NCBI GenBank assembly: GCA_963782115.1
Contig: CAWAIK010000001.1
Span: 224,001-288,000 of the forward strand
Length of the DNA stretch: 64,000 bases
Direction of reading: 5' to 3'
Source: an uncultured Verrucomicrobiae bacterium
GTDB lineage: Bacteria > Verrucomicrobiota > Verrucomicrobiia > Chthoniobacterales > JAFAMB01
Under the pieces are notes generated by a model. It was given only the letters and a program-made list of their open reading frames with translations. It ran no database searches and was not told the DNA's origin. A program made the position numbers and the translations under genes. This document shows positions 17,495 through 27,918 of this stretch, one piece after another. Positions within the stretch are counted from its first letter, which is position 1; every line of letters starts with the position of its first letter.

Positions 17495-18273
17495 TTAAGT
17501 CGAGGGATTGGGTCGCAGGAAAAAACCCCCGTCGACAGTGTAAAGCGAGCCGACCGCATAGCTGGCCTGATCGGATAGAAGGAACTCGATGACTGCTGCT
17601 ATTTCGTCGGATTGGGCGGCGCGACCGATCGGGATCGACCGAGATAGCCGGTTTTGCTCCTCCTCCGAGAACCAGCGCCGCTCCCCTGGAGTGTGAGTCC
17701 ACCCAATGTCGACGGCATTGAGACGGATGTCGTGCTCGATCAATGCCAAAGCCGCGCCACGCATGAAATGATTGAGCGCGGCTTTGGAGACATCGTAGGC
17801 GAAAGCGTTCTTGAATACCATCGTTCCATGACCGGAGGAGCACACCACCATTTGCCCCTTGCGCCCGGCCGCAATCATCTCGCGGGCGACTTTCTGGATG
17901 ATCTGAAAATTGCCCAGGATATTGATGTCAAGCGTCCGCTGGATCAACGGGAGATCGGTCTCAAAAAATCCCTTCTTCTCCTGGTAGGCCGCGTTGCAGA
18001 CCAAAAGATCGAGCGAACATTCTGATGGATATGGCCAAGCATGGCTTCCACCGCCTCGGGTGTGCCCAAATCGGCCTTGATTAATTCCGAGGCGTAACCA
18101 GCCTCATGGAATTGGTCGAGCGCTTCTCGAGCAGCCTGCTCATTTCTGGCGTAATTCAAGTAAACCACGGCGCCCTGGCGCGCCAACCGCTCGGCGATCG
18201 CTTTGCCGATGCCTTGCGTACCGCCCGTGATAAGAGCCCGCTTTTTCCTAAATTCGGGATAGGTGGGACTCAT
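17495..18273 (-). pseudogene. SDR oxidoreductase split by a 1-bp frameshift near 18018 (pseudogene or sequencing error)
   Basis: The N-part has TGGTQGIG; the C-part in another frame has NAA and YDVSK. Restoring one G gives the continuous HQNGSLDLLVCNAA. Confidence 0.8.
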
Positions 18274-18289
18274 GGCAAACTGTGCGCTT

Positions 18290-19171
18290 TCATTTGAAAT
18301 GCAGGTCGATCTTTTTCTTCAGAAATCGGACGGATTCGCGCATGTCCTCGATGCCATTCATCCCGTCCTCGATCGAGATCCAGGAGGAAAAGCCAACGGA
18401 ATTCAAGGTAGAGAATATTTTGTCATAGTCGTTGAGTCCCTGCCCGATAACTCCATGTGAGAGGCGACTGGCATAACCAAAAGCATCCTCCTCTCTTCGA
18501 AGATCTTCCAGAGTACCGCTATTAAGAAAGCGATCACTGGCGTGCATAGACACCACACGGTGCTTTACACGATTAAGCATTACTAACGGATCCTCGCCGG
18601 CCAGGAGGGTATTGGAGGGGTCATAATTAATGCCAAACCACGGAGAATCGATCTGATCGATGATCGCGGTAAAGATCTCCATCTTTTGGGCGAATTCGGG
18701 ATAGCGCCAATAACTATCTTTGTAGTGGTTTTCCATCGACAGAACCACATTATGCTTTTCCGCAAATGGTAGAAGGCTCTTGATAACTCGAACAACTTGG
18801 GCAATACCGGTTTCGATAGATAGTCCCGGCCGCCGTTGGCCGGAGAGAACGCGGCAGAAGCGTCCACCAAAAAAGGCGGTCATTTCGATCATCCGCCGCT
18901 CTTGCGCAATTTGGTCCGCCAGCAAATCGGGATCAGGCTCGGTAAAGTCAGGAGAGCAACAGAGCATCGGCATCTCCAGCCGGTGTTTTTCCAGCGATGC
19001 TTTCGTCTCCCTCAAGAATGCTTCGTTATCCTCAAAAAATCCGGAATAAAACTCGAGTCCTTGCACTCCGAGCGTGGCACCTGTTTCAATCCATTCACCG
19101 AGGGTCATTGTCCGGTGCACGCACAACTCGTCCATGTAACATTTTGGGAAGGCTGCCAGTTTTGGTTTCAT
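18290..19171 (-). CDS. Sugar phosphate isomerase/epimerase (xylose-isomerase-like TIM barrel)
   Basis: GLEF, SMENH, NYDPSN, MHASD and SIED metal-binding motifs. Start at MKPKLAAFPK. Confidence 0.85.
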   Translation of the reverse strand: MKPKLAAFPKCYMDELCVHRTMTLGEWIETGATLGVQGLEFYSGFFEDNEAFLRETKASLEKHRLEMPMLCCSPDFTEPDPDLLADQIAQERRMIEMTAFFGGRFCRVLSGQRRPGLSIETGIAQVVRVIKSLLPFAEKHNVVLSMENHYKDSYWRYPEFAQKMEIFTAIIDQIDSPWFGINYDPSNTLLAGEDPLVMLNRVKHRVVSMHASDRFLNSGTLEDLRREEDAFGYASRLSHGVIGQGLNDYDKIFSTLNSVGFSSWISIEDGMNGIEDMRESVRFLKKKIDLHFK

Positions 19172-19278
19172 GATTGTTTGTATAGCGTCGGTTACCCGGG
19201 TGTGGCCGATAGCCACGGCGAGTTCAAATCTTTTGAGATCCCGGGCTATTTCGGGGACAGGACACTAGAACTACAAAA

Positions 19279-20109
19279 CTAGATGCCTGTACTGGATCCA
19301 AGTTCGTCCGCTGCGGCAGCAATTGCTTGACGGCCAAGGCCCGATTTAACGATCCGAATCAGTTCTTCCTCGCTTGTCTCGGAGGTGGAGGCATCCAACA
19401 CGATCTCGCCAGAGTGCAGGAAGTTAATGCGATCGCACACCTCAAAGACCTGGTTATAGTTGTGCACGATCAAAATGATAGAGACGCCGCGTTGACGCCG
19501 GAGATTCTGGATCAGGCCTAAAACGTGGGCGCCCTCTCGCACGCCCAGAGCAGCCAGCGGCTCATCCAGAACCAGGATGGTAGGCGACGAATAGATCGAA
19601 CGCGCCACGGCAACGGACTGTCGCTGTCCGCCGGACAACAGGTCGACTGTGCTGTTCACGCTGGGAATTTGGATTCCCAGCGAGTTGAGATAAGTCTGAG
19701 CCAGATCGCGCATCTTCCGGTTGTCCAGCAGCTTCAACCCCAGGACGCGCTTGTGATACTCGCGCCCGAGGAACATGTTGTGGTAGATGCTGAGGTCGTT
19801 GATCAGCGCGAGGTCCTGGTAGACGGTCTCGATGCCTTGGGCGCGCGCATCGCGAGGTGAGCCGAAGTGTACCTCTTTCCCATGGTAAACAATTGTGCCG
19901 TTGTCAGGATGGTGAAACCCGGAGAGGATCTTGATCAGGGTGGATTTGCCCGCGCCGTTATCGCCGACCAAGGCCAGTACTTCTCCTTGACGGAGCTTTA
20001 TGCTGACGTCGACCAGCGCGGTGACGGCGCCAAAGCTCTTGCTGATGCGGTTCATCTCGAGAATAACTGGAGTGCTCGGGTTGAGAGCGGGAATGTCCTT
20101 ATGGTTCAT
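19279..20109 (-). CDS. Sugar ABC transporter ATP-binding protein (single ATPase domain)
   Basis: GDNGAGKST, LSGGQRQ, VLDEP. ATG 20109 overlaps the permease stop; the longer ORF-track start is spurious. Confidence 0.9.
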   Translation of the reverse strand: MNHKDIPALNPSTPVILEMNRISKSFGAVTALVDVSIKLRQGEVLALVGDNGAGKSTLIKILSGFHHPDNGTIVYHGKEVHFGSPRDARAQGIETVYQDLALINDLSIYHNMFLGREYHKRVLGLKLLDNRKMRDLAQTYLNSLGIQIPSVNSTVDLLSGGQRQSVAVARSIYSSPTILVLDEPLAALGVREGAHVLGLIQNLRRQRGVSIILIVHNYNQVFEVCDRINFLHSGEIVLDASTSETSEEELIRIVKSGLGRQAIAAAADELGSSTGI

Positions 20110-21182
20110 ATGCGTCTCCGGGCGCGCACTCGGTCGACTTGCACGTTCAGTATCATGGCCAGGATGATCGCAGTGCCCAAGTAGATGTCGGAGACGGTAG
20201 CCTGCGCGCCCATCATGACAAGACCGTTGTTGAGCGTGGCTACCACGAACGCTCCCAGCAGTGAGCCAATGGCCGTGCCGGAGCCGCCGAGCAGAGAAGT
20301 CCCGCCGATCACCGCTGCAGCGATGGCTTGCAGCGTGAGAAAGGGGCCGCCGGCCAGTGGATCGGCTGAGGCGAACTGAATAGTGTTGATAACGCCGGCC
20401 CCAGCGGCAAAGGCCCCGGCAATCATGAAATTGTACACCTTGATCCGGTTGGTGCGGACGCCGATCTCCTGCGCCCCGATGATGTTGCTGCCGGTCGCAA
20501 TCGTGTGCAAGCCGAAGGTCGTTCTGTTCAGCACCAAGGCCATCACGGCGACGACCATGAGGGTCCACAGGAAAGGGGTAAATGCCGTTAAGCCATGCCA
20601 GGACCAGAGAGAATCGTTTGGGCTGTACAGGTTCTCGCCGAAGATCTCATTGAATGGTTCTTGCACGGGCGCCACGATGGGTTGGCTATTGTAAATCGAC
20701 ACGACAACGCCTTGCAGCAGGAAAAAGGTGCCGACCGTCGTGATCAATGAGGGCACGCGGAATCTGACGGTGATGATGCCGTTGACAAAGCCTATCAGCA
20801 CACCGAGCAAGATCCCGGCGAGGGCGCTCACGACCAGCGGAACACCCCATCCAATGGACATCAGGACCATCACGTAGGGAGCGAGAGAGAAAGTACTGCC
20901 GACCGAAAGGTCGATTTCGCCGGTGATCATCAGCATAACTTCGGCCACGGCGATCAAGCCAAACCGGGCGGTATCGCGGAGAACGACACTCAGCTCTTGC
21001 GAGGAGAGGAAAATCCCATTGCTGCCGAACTGGAAGTAGATGACGAGGACAATCGCGACGACCGCGATGCTGGCCTCCCGATAGCGGGAAAGGATGACCA
21101 GAGCTTTCTCCAATGCGGTGTCCGGTACCTTGATGCCAACCTTGCGCCCCGCTATCTCGCCGGTCCGGCTTGTCCGCGCCAT
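20106..21182 (-). CDS. Sugar ABC transporter permease (RbsC family)
   Basis: GEIDLSVG, VPSLITTVG, AAAVIGGTSLLGGSG, multiple TM helices. Confidence 0.9.
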   Translation of the reverse strand: MARTSRTGEIAGRKVGIKVPDTALEKALVILSRYREASIAVVAIVLVIYFQFGSNGIFLSSQELSVVLRDTARFGLIAVAEVMLMITGEIDLSVGSTFSLAPYVMVLMSIGWGVPLVVSALAGILLGVLIGFVNGIITVRFRVPSLITTVGTFFLLQGVVVSIYNSQPIVAPVQEPFNEIFGENLYSPNDSLWSWHGLTAFTPFLWTLMVVAVMALVLNRTTFGLHTIATGSNIIGAQEIGVRTNRIKVYNFMIAGAFAAGAGVINTIQFASADPLAGGPFLTLQAIAAAVIGGTSLLGGSGTAIGSLLGAFVVATLNNGLVMMGAQATVSDIYLGTAIILAMILNVQVDRVRARRRI

Positions 21183-21309
21183 ATCTGCCTCTTTACACAA
21201 AGCTCTTTTGGCAGTGACCGATGGTCCACGCCGGACCACGGCGCGCAATTTGCCCATTCCTTTCGGCGCCGTGTACTCGCATCACCATCAATGACCGGAC
21301 AACAGGAGA

Positions 21310-22392
21310 CTAGGTCGGTTCAGCGCTGGTGCTACCCTCGAAGCGGCTCTTGCCAAGATAAAGATCGACGTTGTCTTTGGTCACGTAAGCCAGACTGGTA
21401 TTTACATCTGCCGGGGCAACGGCGCCGCCCGATAGCTTATACAAGTACATTTGCAGGGTAGGCACGAAGCCTTGCAGATAGGGCTGCTGGTCGGTCGTGA
21501 ATGTCATGTCCCCAGTTTTAATATAGCCCAGGGTTTGGGGGTACAGGTCATAGCCTGCGGCAATCACCCCCTTTTTTGCCAGACCATACTTGGCGGACAC
21601 GAACCCGCAGGCGTAGGTGTCTCCGCCACCGGTCCCGAACAGGCCTGCTACGTCCTTATGGCTGAGATAGTAGCTCTCGATCCGTGATATTTCTGTGGCC
21701 TGGTCTACGCCGCTGTTGACGACGTCGTAGGTAACAGAGTTGCCATGGTCCTTGATGGCCTGGATGTAACCATCGAGGCGAGGTTGCAGGTTCAGCGTGC
21801 CGGGGCTGGGGATGGAGAGCATGACGTGGCCGCTTTTGGGCACCAGCTTCAGCCACCTGGTGGCAATGTTATACCCGGACTGGTAAAGAGGCTGCCCCAC
21901 ATAACAAAGACGCTTGTTTGGGCTGCCGGCAGGCACGTCGGCGTTATAGCCGATCACCGGAATGCCGGCGGCAAGAGCGTTGGACGCCGGCGAGTCGAAC
22001 GCCGTGGCGTCGATGAGGCACACAGCGATGCCGTCTGCCTTTCCGGCAATGGCAGTCTGCATCGCATTGACCATCTCAGAAACGACGCTGTTCTGCGAGC
22101 CGGTCCATTGGTAGCTGCACCCAAAGAAAGCGCAGGCATCCTGGATACCGTAAATCGTCGGTGTGAAGAACTCGTTGGTTGTTACATGATTGACGAAAAC
22201 AAATTTATAGTTCTTCTTGGGCAGCCCACCGGCGGCTTCCGGGGTATTTGCTGCCAAGCCTGTGCCCAGCCCGCCCGCTAAGGCCGCGCCGCCCAATCCA
22301 AGTTTTGCCGCCATCGCGAAAGCTTTGCGACGGCTGACCGACATGCCGATTTTTTCCGCCATTTCCGCCTGGTCTCTCATCTCATTATCCAT
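21310..22392 (-). CDS. Sugar ABC transporter periplasmic binding protein with Tat-type signal
   Basis: SRRKAF twin-arginine leader, periplasmic-binding-protein type I motifs, DQQPYLQG. Confidence 0.88.
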   Translation of the reverse strand: MDNEMRDQAEMAEKIGMSVSRRKAFAMAAKLGLGGAALAGGLGTGLAANTPEAAGGLPKKNYKFVFVNHVTTNEFFTPTIYGIQDACAFFGCSYQWTGSQNSVVSEMVNAMQTAIAGKADGIAVCLIDATAFDSPASNALAAGIPVIGYNADVPAGSPNKRLCYVGQPLYQSGYNIATRWLKLVPKSGHVMLSIPSPGTLNLQPRLDGYIQAIKDHGNSVTYDVVNSGVDQATEISRIESYYLSHKDVAGLFGTGGGDTYACGFVSAKYGLAKKGVIAAGYDLYPQTLGYIKTGDMTFTTDQQPYLQGFVPTLQMYLYKLSGGAVAPADVNTSLAYVTKDNVDLYLGKSRFEGSTSAEPT

Positions 22393-22563
22393 CTCGAACC
22401 TACCTTTCTCTCAATTGGGATATGAGCCCTCCTCGCCGCGCGCCGAAAGCGCGACCCGCAGTCAAGATCCCGGTTAGCCGAACCCGAAGGGCCGTGCACC
22501 GTGGTCCATCATCAGGGAGACGAGTGGGGGGAACGGGGACGTACCCGGCTGGTCAGAACAGCG

Positions 22564-22595
22564 CGCTTTTTATTAAAAGCGGTGCTCACTGTCAA
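22564..22595 (-). promoter_or_regulatory. Putative sigma70 promoter of the sugar ABC operon, with a palindromic operator over the -10
   Basis: Minus strand TTGACA-N17-TAAAAA. The palindrome CGCTTTT-TATT-AAAAGCG (22564-22581) overlaps the -10. Confidence 0.45.
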
Positions 22596-22703
22596 GAAGA
22601 ATGGCGCGTGCAACGCTTGGCGCAAAAATCTCACAATGCGCTTTCGCTGGTGAGATTTTCGGGCTGGAACGTCCCATATTTCAGCTAAGCTTTCCTTTCG
22701 GAG

Positions 22704-22853
22704 AGGTCCCAACCGGGTGAAACCGCCATTGCCTGGGCGTTGCGCCATCCAGCGGTAACCGGCGCGATTCTCGGCGCGCGCAATTCAAAGCAGGTGGACG
22801 GCGTTATCGGGGCAATGGATTTCCGACTTACGCCGTCGGAAATGCCGAAGTAG
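22704..22853 (+). pseudogene. C-terminal remnant of an aldo/keto reductase
   Basis: Manual translation RSQPGETAIAWALRHPAVTGAILGARNSKQVDGVIGAMDFRLTPSEMPK*. No start codon or N-terminus. Confidence 0.75.
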
Positions 22854-22898
22854 AGGGCCAATAAGCCCTGTGAGTCTCGTGAAATGATAATCAATGCC

Positions 22899-23343
22899 AT
22901 GAGCCTCTCGATAGAAACCATCGACCATATCGTTCTGAACATAGCACGACGTGGAAGTTAGCGCCGCTTGGTACGTGCGCGTGCTTGGCATGCAGCGCAT
23001 CGACTTCGGGTCGACTACGGGTTTGCGGGTAGCACTGCAATTTGGCAACCAAAAGATCAATCTGCGACCCGCGGATGCGGATACGGTCGCGTGGTTCACC
23101 GGTGTCGCGCCGGTGCCGGGAAGTGCGGACCTCTGCTTGGTGACGAAATTGAGCCCTGACGCGGTCAAGGCGGATTGGGTTGCACAGGGAGTCGCGATCG
23201 AAGCAGGTCCGGTGGAGCGATCCGGCGCGCGTGGTCCGATGATCTCGATGTACTGCCACGATCCGGATGGTAACTTGATCGAAGTCGCGACCTATCCTTG
23301 TTATAGAGCCAGTGGGGAAAGCCGCCGCGAACTAGGGGCATGA
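22899..23343 (+). pseudogene. VOC/glyoxalase family protein with a +1 frameshift near 22945
   Basis: ATG 22899 gives MSLSIETIDHIVLNI; the rest (DVEVSAAWY...GSADLC...DPDGNLIEV) is one frame over. Confidence 0.75.
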
Positions 23344-23465
23344 CCCCCGAAGGAGAAAGCATTAAGCCGGAAGATGAAGATGTAGAAACCGAAGACCTGG
23401 ATTCGGATAAAACCCAAGGCGACGAGGCCGCCGTAAAAAAGAACGACAAAGCGAGCGCCCGATGA
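23340..23465 (+). CDS. Small acidic hypothetical peptide (41 aa)
   Basis: ATG overlaps the VOC stop; MTPEGESIKPEDEDVETEDLDSDKTQGDEAAVKKNDKASAR. Confidence 0.3.
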   Translation: MTPEGESIKPEDEDVETEDLDSDKTQGDEAAVKKNDKASAR

Positions 23466-23536
23466 GACACTTTCGCCGGCATTAAATTAGACCGCCCACC
23501 TGACTACCCAAAATCATTGGAGCGATATCAAAAGGC

Positions 23537-23819
23537 CACTAGTGGACCGTCTCGAATATAATGGTGATAGCGTTGCGTTCAAAATGGGCCGCCGGCAAGG
23601 CGCAAGGAGGGCGCATATCTGAATCGATATGTAACCGACGAGCAACGCCGCCGCCGGCCCATTTTCAACGCAAGCCTCCGGGCCGCGGCCAATTGGCTGT
23701 TTTTCCGCGTTGCTCGCTCGACCCGTATGACTCAGATATGGGCGCTTCGCTCGCGCCTTGAAAAACAGCCAACTGACCTGCGGCGACATCACCATTATAT
23801 GCGAGACGGTGCACTAGTG
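23537..23819. mobile_element. MITE-like non-autonomous element with terminal inverted repeats
   Basis: CACTAGTGGACCGTCTCGAATATAATGGTGAT at the left end matches the reverse complement of the right end at 30/32 positions. CTAG lies at both ends, there are two internal hairpin units, and there is no transposase. Confidence 0.8.
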
Positions 23820-23882
23820 TAAGGGCTCGCTATTATAACAGGCTTCTTGGTTTGGTCTCACTCGTCGCCTGCAAATTTTATC

Positions 23883-24161
23883 TCATTCGACAAGATAGAC
23901 GACGCTGTCGGGACGAGTTAATAGTTGTTCCACCTTCTTTAGCATTTTCGCCGCGGATTCGCTGATCGAATGGGGTTTTTCCTCTTTGAGTTCGTCGGCA
24001 TGTCCTTCGCCAACAACTGAGACCAGGCACTCTTTGGCGATGCCTTCGATTTCCTCTCGTCCGCGCAACTCTCCGCTATCGGGCTTACGGGTCTGCACCT
24101 CAATCAAGTAACGTTCTTCGGGAAGAACCAGGGCATATTCGAAATACGCTAAATCGCTCAT
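23883..24161 (-). CDS. Hypothetical protein (92 aa)
   Basis: Protein-like composition, ATG start, no competing ORF. Confidence 0.55.
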   Translation of the reverse strand: MSDLAYFEYALVLPEERYLIEVQTRKPDSGELRGREEIEGIAKECLVSVVGEGHADELKEEKPHSISESAAKMLKKVEQLLTRPDSVVYLVE

Positions 24162-24305
24162 GCGACCAGCTTATCCGAATCGATGGTAGAGGACCATCTC
24201 CGTTTTCTGTGAACGCTGCCGCCCGATCGAGGGACGGAAAGTACTCGAAGTCGCCTTGATCGCCAGATCCGTGCTGGATGCATGGACCACGGAAGTGAGA
24301 TACTC

Positions 24306-26789
24306 TCAACGGGTCTGGATCACCAGGCGATAAGTACCAGCGGTAAACGCCTGAGCAACGACCTCGCTCCCCCGATGGGTGGAACGCACCTCGTAGTCAG
24401 CAGCCTTACCGTTCAGCGTGACCAATTCAATTGAGGCATTGGCAGCCAAGGCGTGACCGATCTCCAGGTGGTATCCGGCCGGGAGTGTTACTTCGGTCAC
24501 GTAGAGTTTGTCCGAGCGCTGTGCCGCTACGGTCAGGTTTTGGTTGCCGATCCGCAAATCCTGGATGCTCAAGTAAGGTAGGCTACTGGGCAGCTGCGGA
24601 ACCACGATGAGAAGTCCTTGGGCCAGATGCGGTTGAATGCCCAAGAAATAAAAAGTTATTGGGTAAAGCACCCCGTACGACGACCAGGCCTGCATCACCA
24701 TCGCTCGCCTGGGAAAAGGATGAAACGGAAAGAGGACATAGTCTGGGCTGGACATTTGTTCTGGAAGGGCCCCGGGTTGCTCCAAGTCGAGTTGGCGTGC
24801 GATATCCAGAATGTAACGCATCGACTCGTCGACACGTCCATAGTTGGCTTCGGCGACTGCCATCACCGAACTAGGAAGGGCGGAAGCTTCGAGATCGCCT
24901 TTGCCGGTGGGACCACCGCCTCCGCCTGCTTGATAGAAGCCGTTTGTGCCAGTAAACACCGAAGACTCCAATCTTTGAAAAGCGGTGTCGGCGTGGTCGC
25001 TCGAAGCGAAGTTGGTCTCCATCGGCGTGGCGACTGTCCAGTACAGTTGCTGCAGCTTGGTGGTGGGCGCGGGGCCAAGTGCGGCCAGAGGATTGGTCGG
25101 CACTTTTTGGTTCAGTGCTAAGGAATCGGCATAGAGCCCCCGGTCAGGCATCCACCAATCCCGCTCGAATCGGCCAAGCAGCACGTTCGCTTGGTCTATC
25201 GCCCACTTCTGCGTTGCTTCGTCGTTCTTGCTGGCCGCCATTTCCGCCAAGTCATTCAACGCCCGAATGGTGTAAACCGCGACGTCCAGCTTCTTCGCGC
25301 CCATCCCGGACTCTTCCACCATCCCATCGCCCTCCGGCCATCCATCGTTTTTCACATCCAGGTCGCCGGTGAGGTAATGGAGGCCGTCGATGATAAACTG
25401 GTAGTTTTCTTCGCGAACCTCGTTATCGCCGCTCCAGCGCCAAAGCGTGGCCACCGCGGTGGCGAACTCCGCTGTCTCGTTGACGTCACCCGATTGGTCT
25501 TTGGTACCATAATAAACCGAGCCGTTTGTCACGATTTCATGCAAAACTTTACCGGTCGAGCCATTGACCGTACGCGAAACTTCCCGCAGAAGTCGAAGGT
25601 GGTCTTTGGCGGCTTGGAACTGGCCGACCGCCACGAGTGCAAATACCGTGTAGGCACCGTCAGTGCCGAAGTACCATGGATAATCCGGGTAACCGGCAAC
25701 TAAGCCATTTAGCAATCCATAGGTCGCAAGCAGGGGCGGATAGACATAGCCCTGAAGGGTACCATTTTGAGTGTCCTGAATCTGGACGTCAGTGACAACG
25801 CGGCGCATGTCAGCCAAGTTCAGTTTGGCCCAATCGAAGGCCGCCTGAAGCGTAACGTTTGGGATATCGGCTCGGCTGTTGGCCAAAAGCGCCATTCGAC
25901 CATCTACCTTGCGGCGCAGCAACCGATCGGGTCGCTGCAGTGCGGCTGCACCGGCCAGATAAGCTGGAGTTCGACCGGTGTGCGAACCCGCGACCGTGAA
26001 CCAAAGTTTTAGTTCGTTTCCAGCTGTGACGGTAACCTGCCAAATCAACTGCCCCACCGCCCGCTTGGGTTGCGTCGCGGAGTCAGGGAGCAAGGCGAGC
26101 ACAAAGTTGGCGGAGTCGCGTCCATTTGAGACCTGGGATAAACCGCTCACCAATGCGTAGAACGGCCTATCAGGTGCGCTGAAAAGCAGTCCGCAACAGA
26201 TCGGTTCGAAGCTGACACGGTCCGGCTGGTGAACCTGGTCCGAGGTTGGCGTGGTTCTCGACCAAGGATAAGCCGCGATCAACTCGCTGGTCGCCTCTAT
26301 CAGAAGCCGGAAGGACTGCGTTCGGTTCGACGCGTTCCGCAAGCTCAAACCCACGAGCACCGCCGGGATCCCATCCGGCGCAAATACCGTCCGCGTGATC
26401 TGCAGGCCGTTGGTCTCAGGATACTCGAACTCAACGTAACCTGCACCTGAAGTGAACTTATTGGCGCTCGGGAAAGGCCGGCCATCGATCAGGAATCGAT
26501 ACGATTCAAGTAGCTTGATCGGGTGTGCCCAGACGCCGTTCATGTGCCCCTTAATGTGCCAGCCGATGGGGGGGAAAGTACCGTCGAGGGTGCCCACTTC
26601 GTAGGCACGGTCGCCCGCAGTGACATAACGCTTGACGCTGAGGTTCTCCGAGGAGGAACGGGTGGGGGAACCGAAATAGCCCGACGCTGGGGTTTGCGCA
26701 GGCCGGCTCTTGGTCGGAACTATTGCGACCAGCGACAACAAACCAAGGAGAAAGATACTGCTGCCTTTGGGTTGCTTCATGGTGTTCAT
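24306..26789 (-). CDS. Secreted six-hairpin glycosidase / glycogen-debranching-like glycoside hydrolase
   Basis: Signal peptide, GYPDYPWYFGTDGAY, GKVLHE, GWPEGDGMVE, GALPE, MQAWSSYG. Confidence 0.75.
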   Translation of the reverse strand: MNTMKQPKGSSIFLLGLLSLVAIVPTKSRPAQTPASGYFGSPTRSSSENLSVKRYVTAGDRAYEVGTLDGTFPPIGWHIKGHMNGVWAHPIKLLESYRFLIDGRPFPSANKFTSGAGYVEFEYPETNGLQITRTVFAPDGIPAVLVGLSLRNASNRTQSFRLLIEATSELIAAYPWSRTTPTSDQVHQPDRVSFEPICCGLLFSAPDRPFYALVSGLSQVSNGRDSANFVLALLPDSATQPKRAVGQLIWQVTVTAGNELKLWFTVAGSHTGRTPAYLAGAAALQRPDRLLRRKVDGRMALLANSRADIPNVTLQAAFDWAKLNLADMRRVVTDVQIQDTQNGTLQGYVYPPLLATYGLLNGLVAGYPDYPWYFGTDGAYTVFALVAVGQFQAAKDHLRLLREVSRTVNGSTGKVLHEIVTNGSVYYGTKDQSGDVNETAEFATAVATLWRWSGDNEVREENYQFIIDGLHYLTGDLDVKNDGWPEGDGMVEESGMGAKKLDVAVYTIRALNDLAEMAASKNDEATQKWAIDQANVLLGRFERDWWMPDRGLYADSLALNQKVPTNPLAALGPAPTTKLQQLYWTVATPMETNFASSDHADTAFQRLESSVFTGTNGFYQAGGGGGPTGKGDLEASALPSSVMAVAEANYGRVDESMRYILDIARQLDLEQPGALPEQMSSPDYVLFPFHPFPRRAMVMQAWSSYGVLYPITFYFLGIQPHLAQGLLIVVPQLPSSLPYLSIQDLRIGNQNLTVAAQRSDKLYVTEVTLPAGYHLEIGHALAANASIELVTLNGKAADYEVRSTHRGSEVVAQAFTAGTYRLVIQTR

Positions 26790-27267
26790 GCATCTGAGAG
26801 TCGACAGCCTACGCACCCTGGGTAAGAAAATCGCTACAGAAAAGCCCCATGGATACTCCATTGGTTCTATACGGAAGGAAGTCTTGAGGGTATCTCGAAG
26901 CGGCAAATCTTATGAAACTTCCATACTTCTCTCTCTTCAGTGCTGAAAGGGATTGCGAGACTCCCGAATCGCGGTCAATTGCCGACAAATCCCAACGTCA
27001 TTTGATCTCAAAGCGCCGACTGTTGATTTCGCTCCGGTCACCGAGCGACCAGCTCCAAATCGTGATTTTTCCATTCGTCTGTGAATAGTGATCGCACTTT
27101 TGCAGATTGTAAAATGAGGCAGGGGGGCCGCCGCGGACACAATTGGAGTTTTCTTAGCTGGAAGTCTCGTTGCGGAAGCTCAGGATGCTAACGGCTGGAA
27201 TTCTTCATCGCATGGACACGGATGGATCCGCGACTGCTGACTTCCGATTCCCGGCTCCTGACTCCTG

Positions 27268-27810
27268 TTAGGTTTTACCGTGCTCGAGGTAGGAAAGATC
27301 GTCTTGAGAGAGTTTGGCTCCCACGCTTCGCAGGCTTTCCTGCAAGCCCGTTAAAGTCTTGGGACCGATGAGCGGAAATACCGGGAATGGCTGGTTGGTG
27401 AGATAGCCAAGAACGATCTGCGCCACCGAAAGGCCCATTTTTTGTTGGAGCCGCTGCATTCGCTGGAACCGTTCACGGTTTTCGTGGTGGTCGAACATCC
27501 GTCTTATTCGGTTGTCCACGGGAAGTAGGTCCAACGTGCCTTGTTCGACGCGTCGAAAATAGCCGCCTGCCTGGCTGATAAAGGGAAAAGCTGATAACCC
27601 ATGTTTGATGTGCCACTGGGCAAAGGACTCATCGATGTAAGCCCAGGTTGGATCCATTTGAGACACCTCCGGTTGAGCCAGGCTCCACATGTTCTGACTG
27701 GCAATAAACCCTTGAATACCCAGGCGCTGCGCCGCCTGACGAGCCTCCTCGGCGCGTGCTTGAGTCCAGTTGGAACAACCGGCATAGCGAATCTTTCCGG
27801 CTTGCCATGG
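27268..27810 (-). pseudogene. 5'-truncated aldo/keto reductase
   Basis: WQAGKIRYAGCSNW...QNMWSLA...SVAQIVLGYL...PLIGPK. An in-frame stop lies upstream and the N-terminal half is absent. Confidence 0.75.
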
Positions 27811-27918
27811 GCTTGTTCACCTTAAGACAGGCTCATCAGGTGGCTTGCCAATCTTCTTGAAAGTTAACCACCAACTGGAGAGCCGAATGCCGGAAATCGG
27901 CCTGTTCGGTTCGGAGGG

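Noticed and set aside
20110..20568. N-terminal extension of the sugar ATPase in the ORF track
   Set aside because: It overlaps the permease in another frame; the real start is the coupled ATG at 20109.
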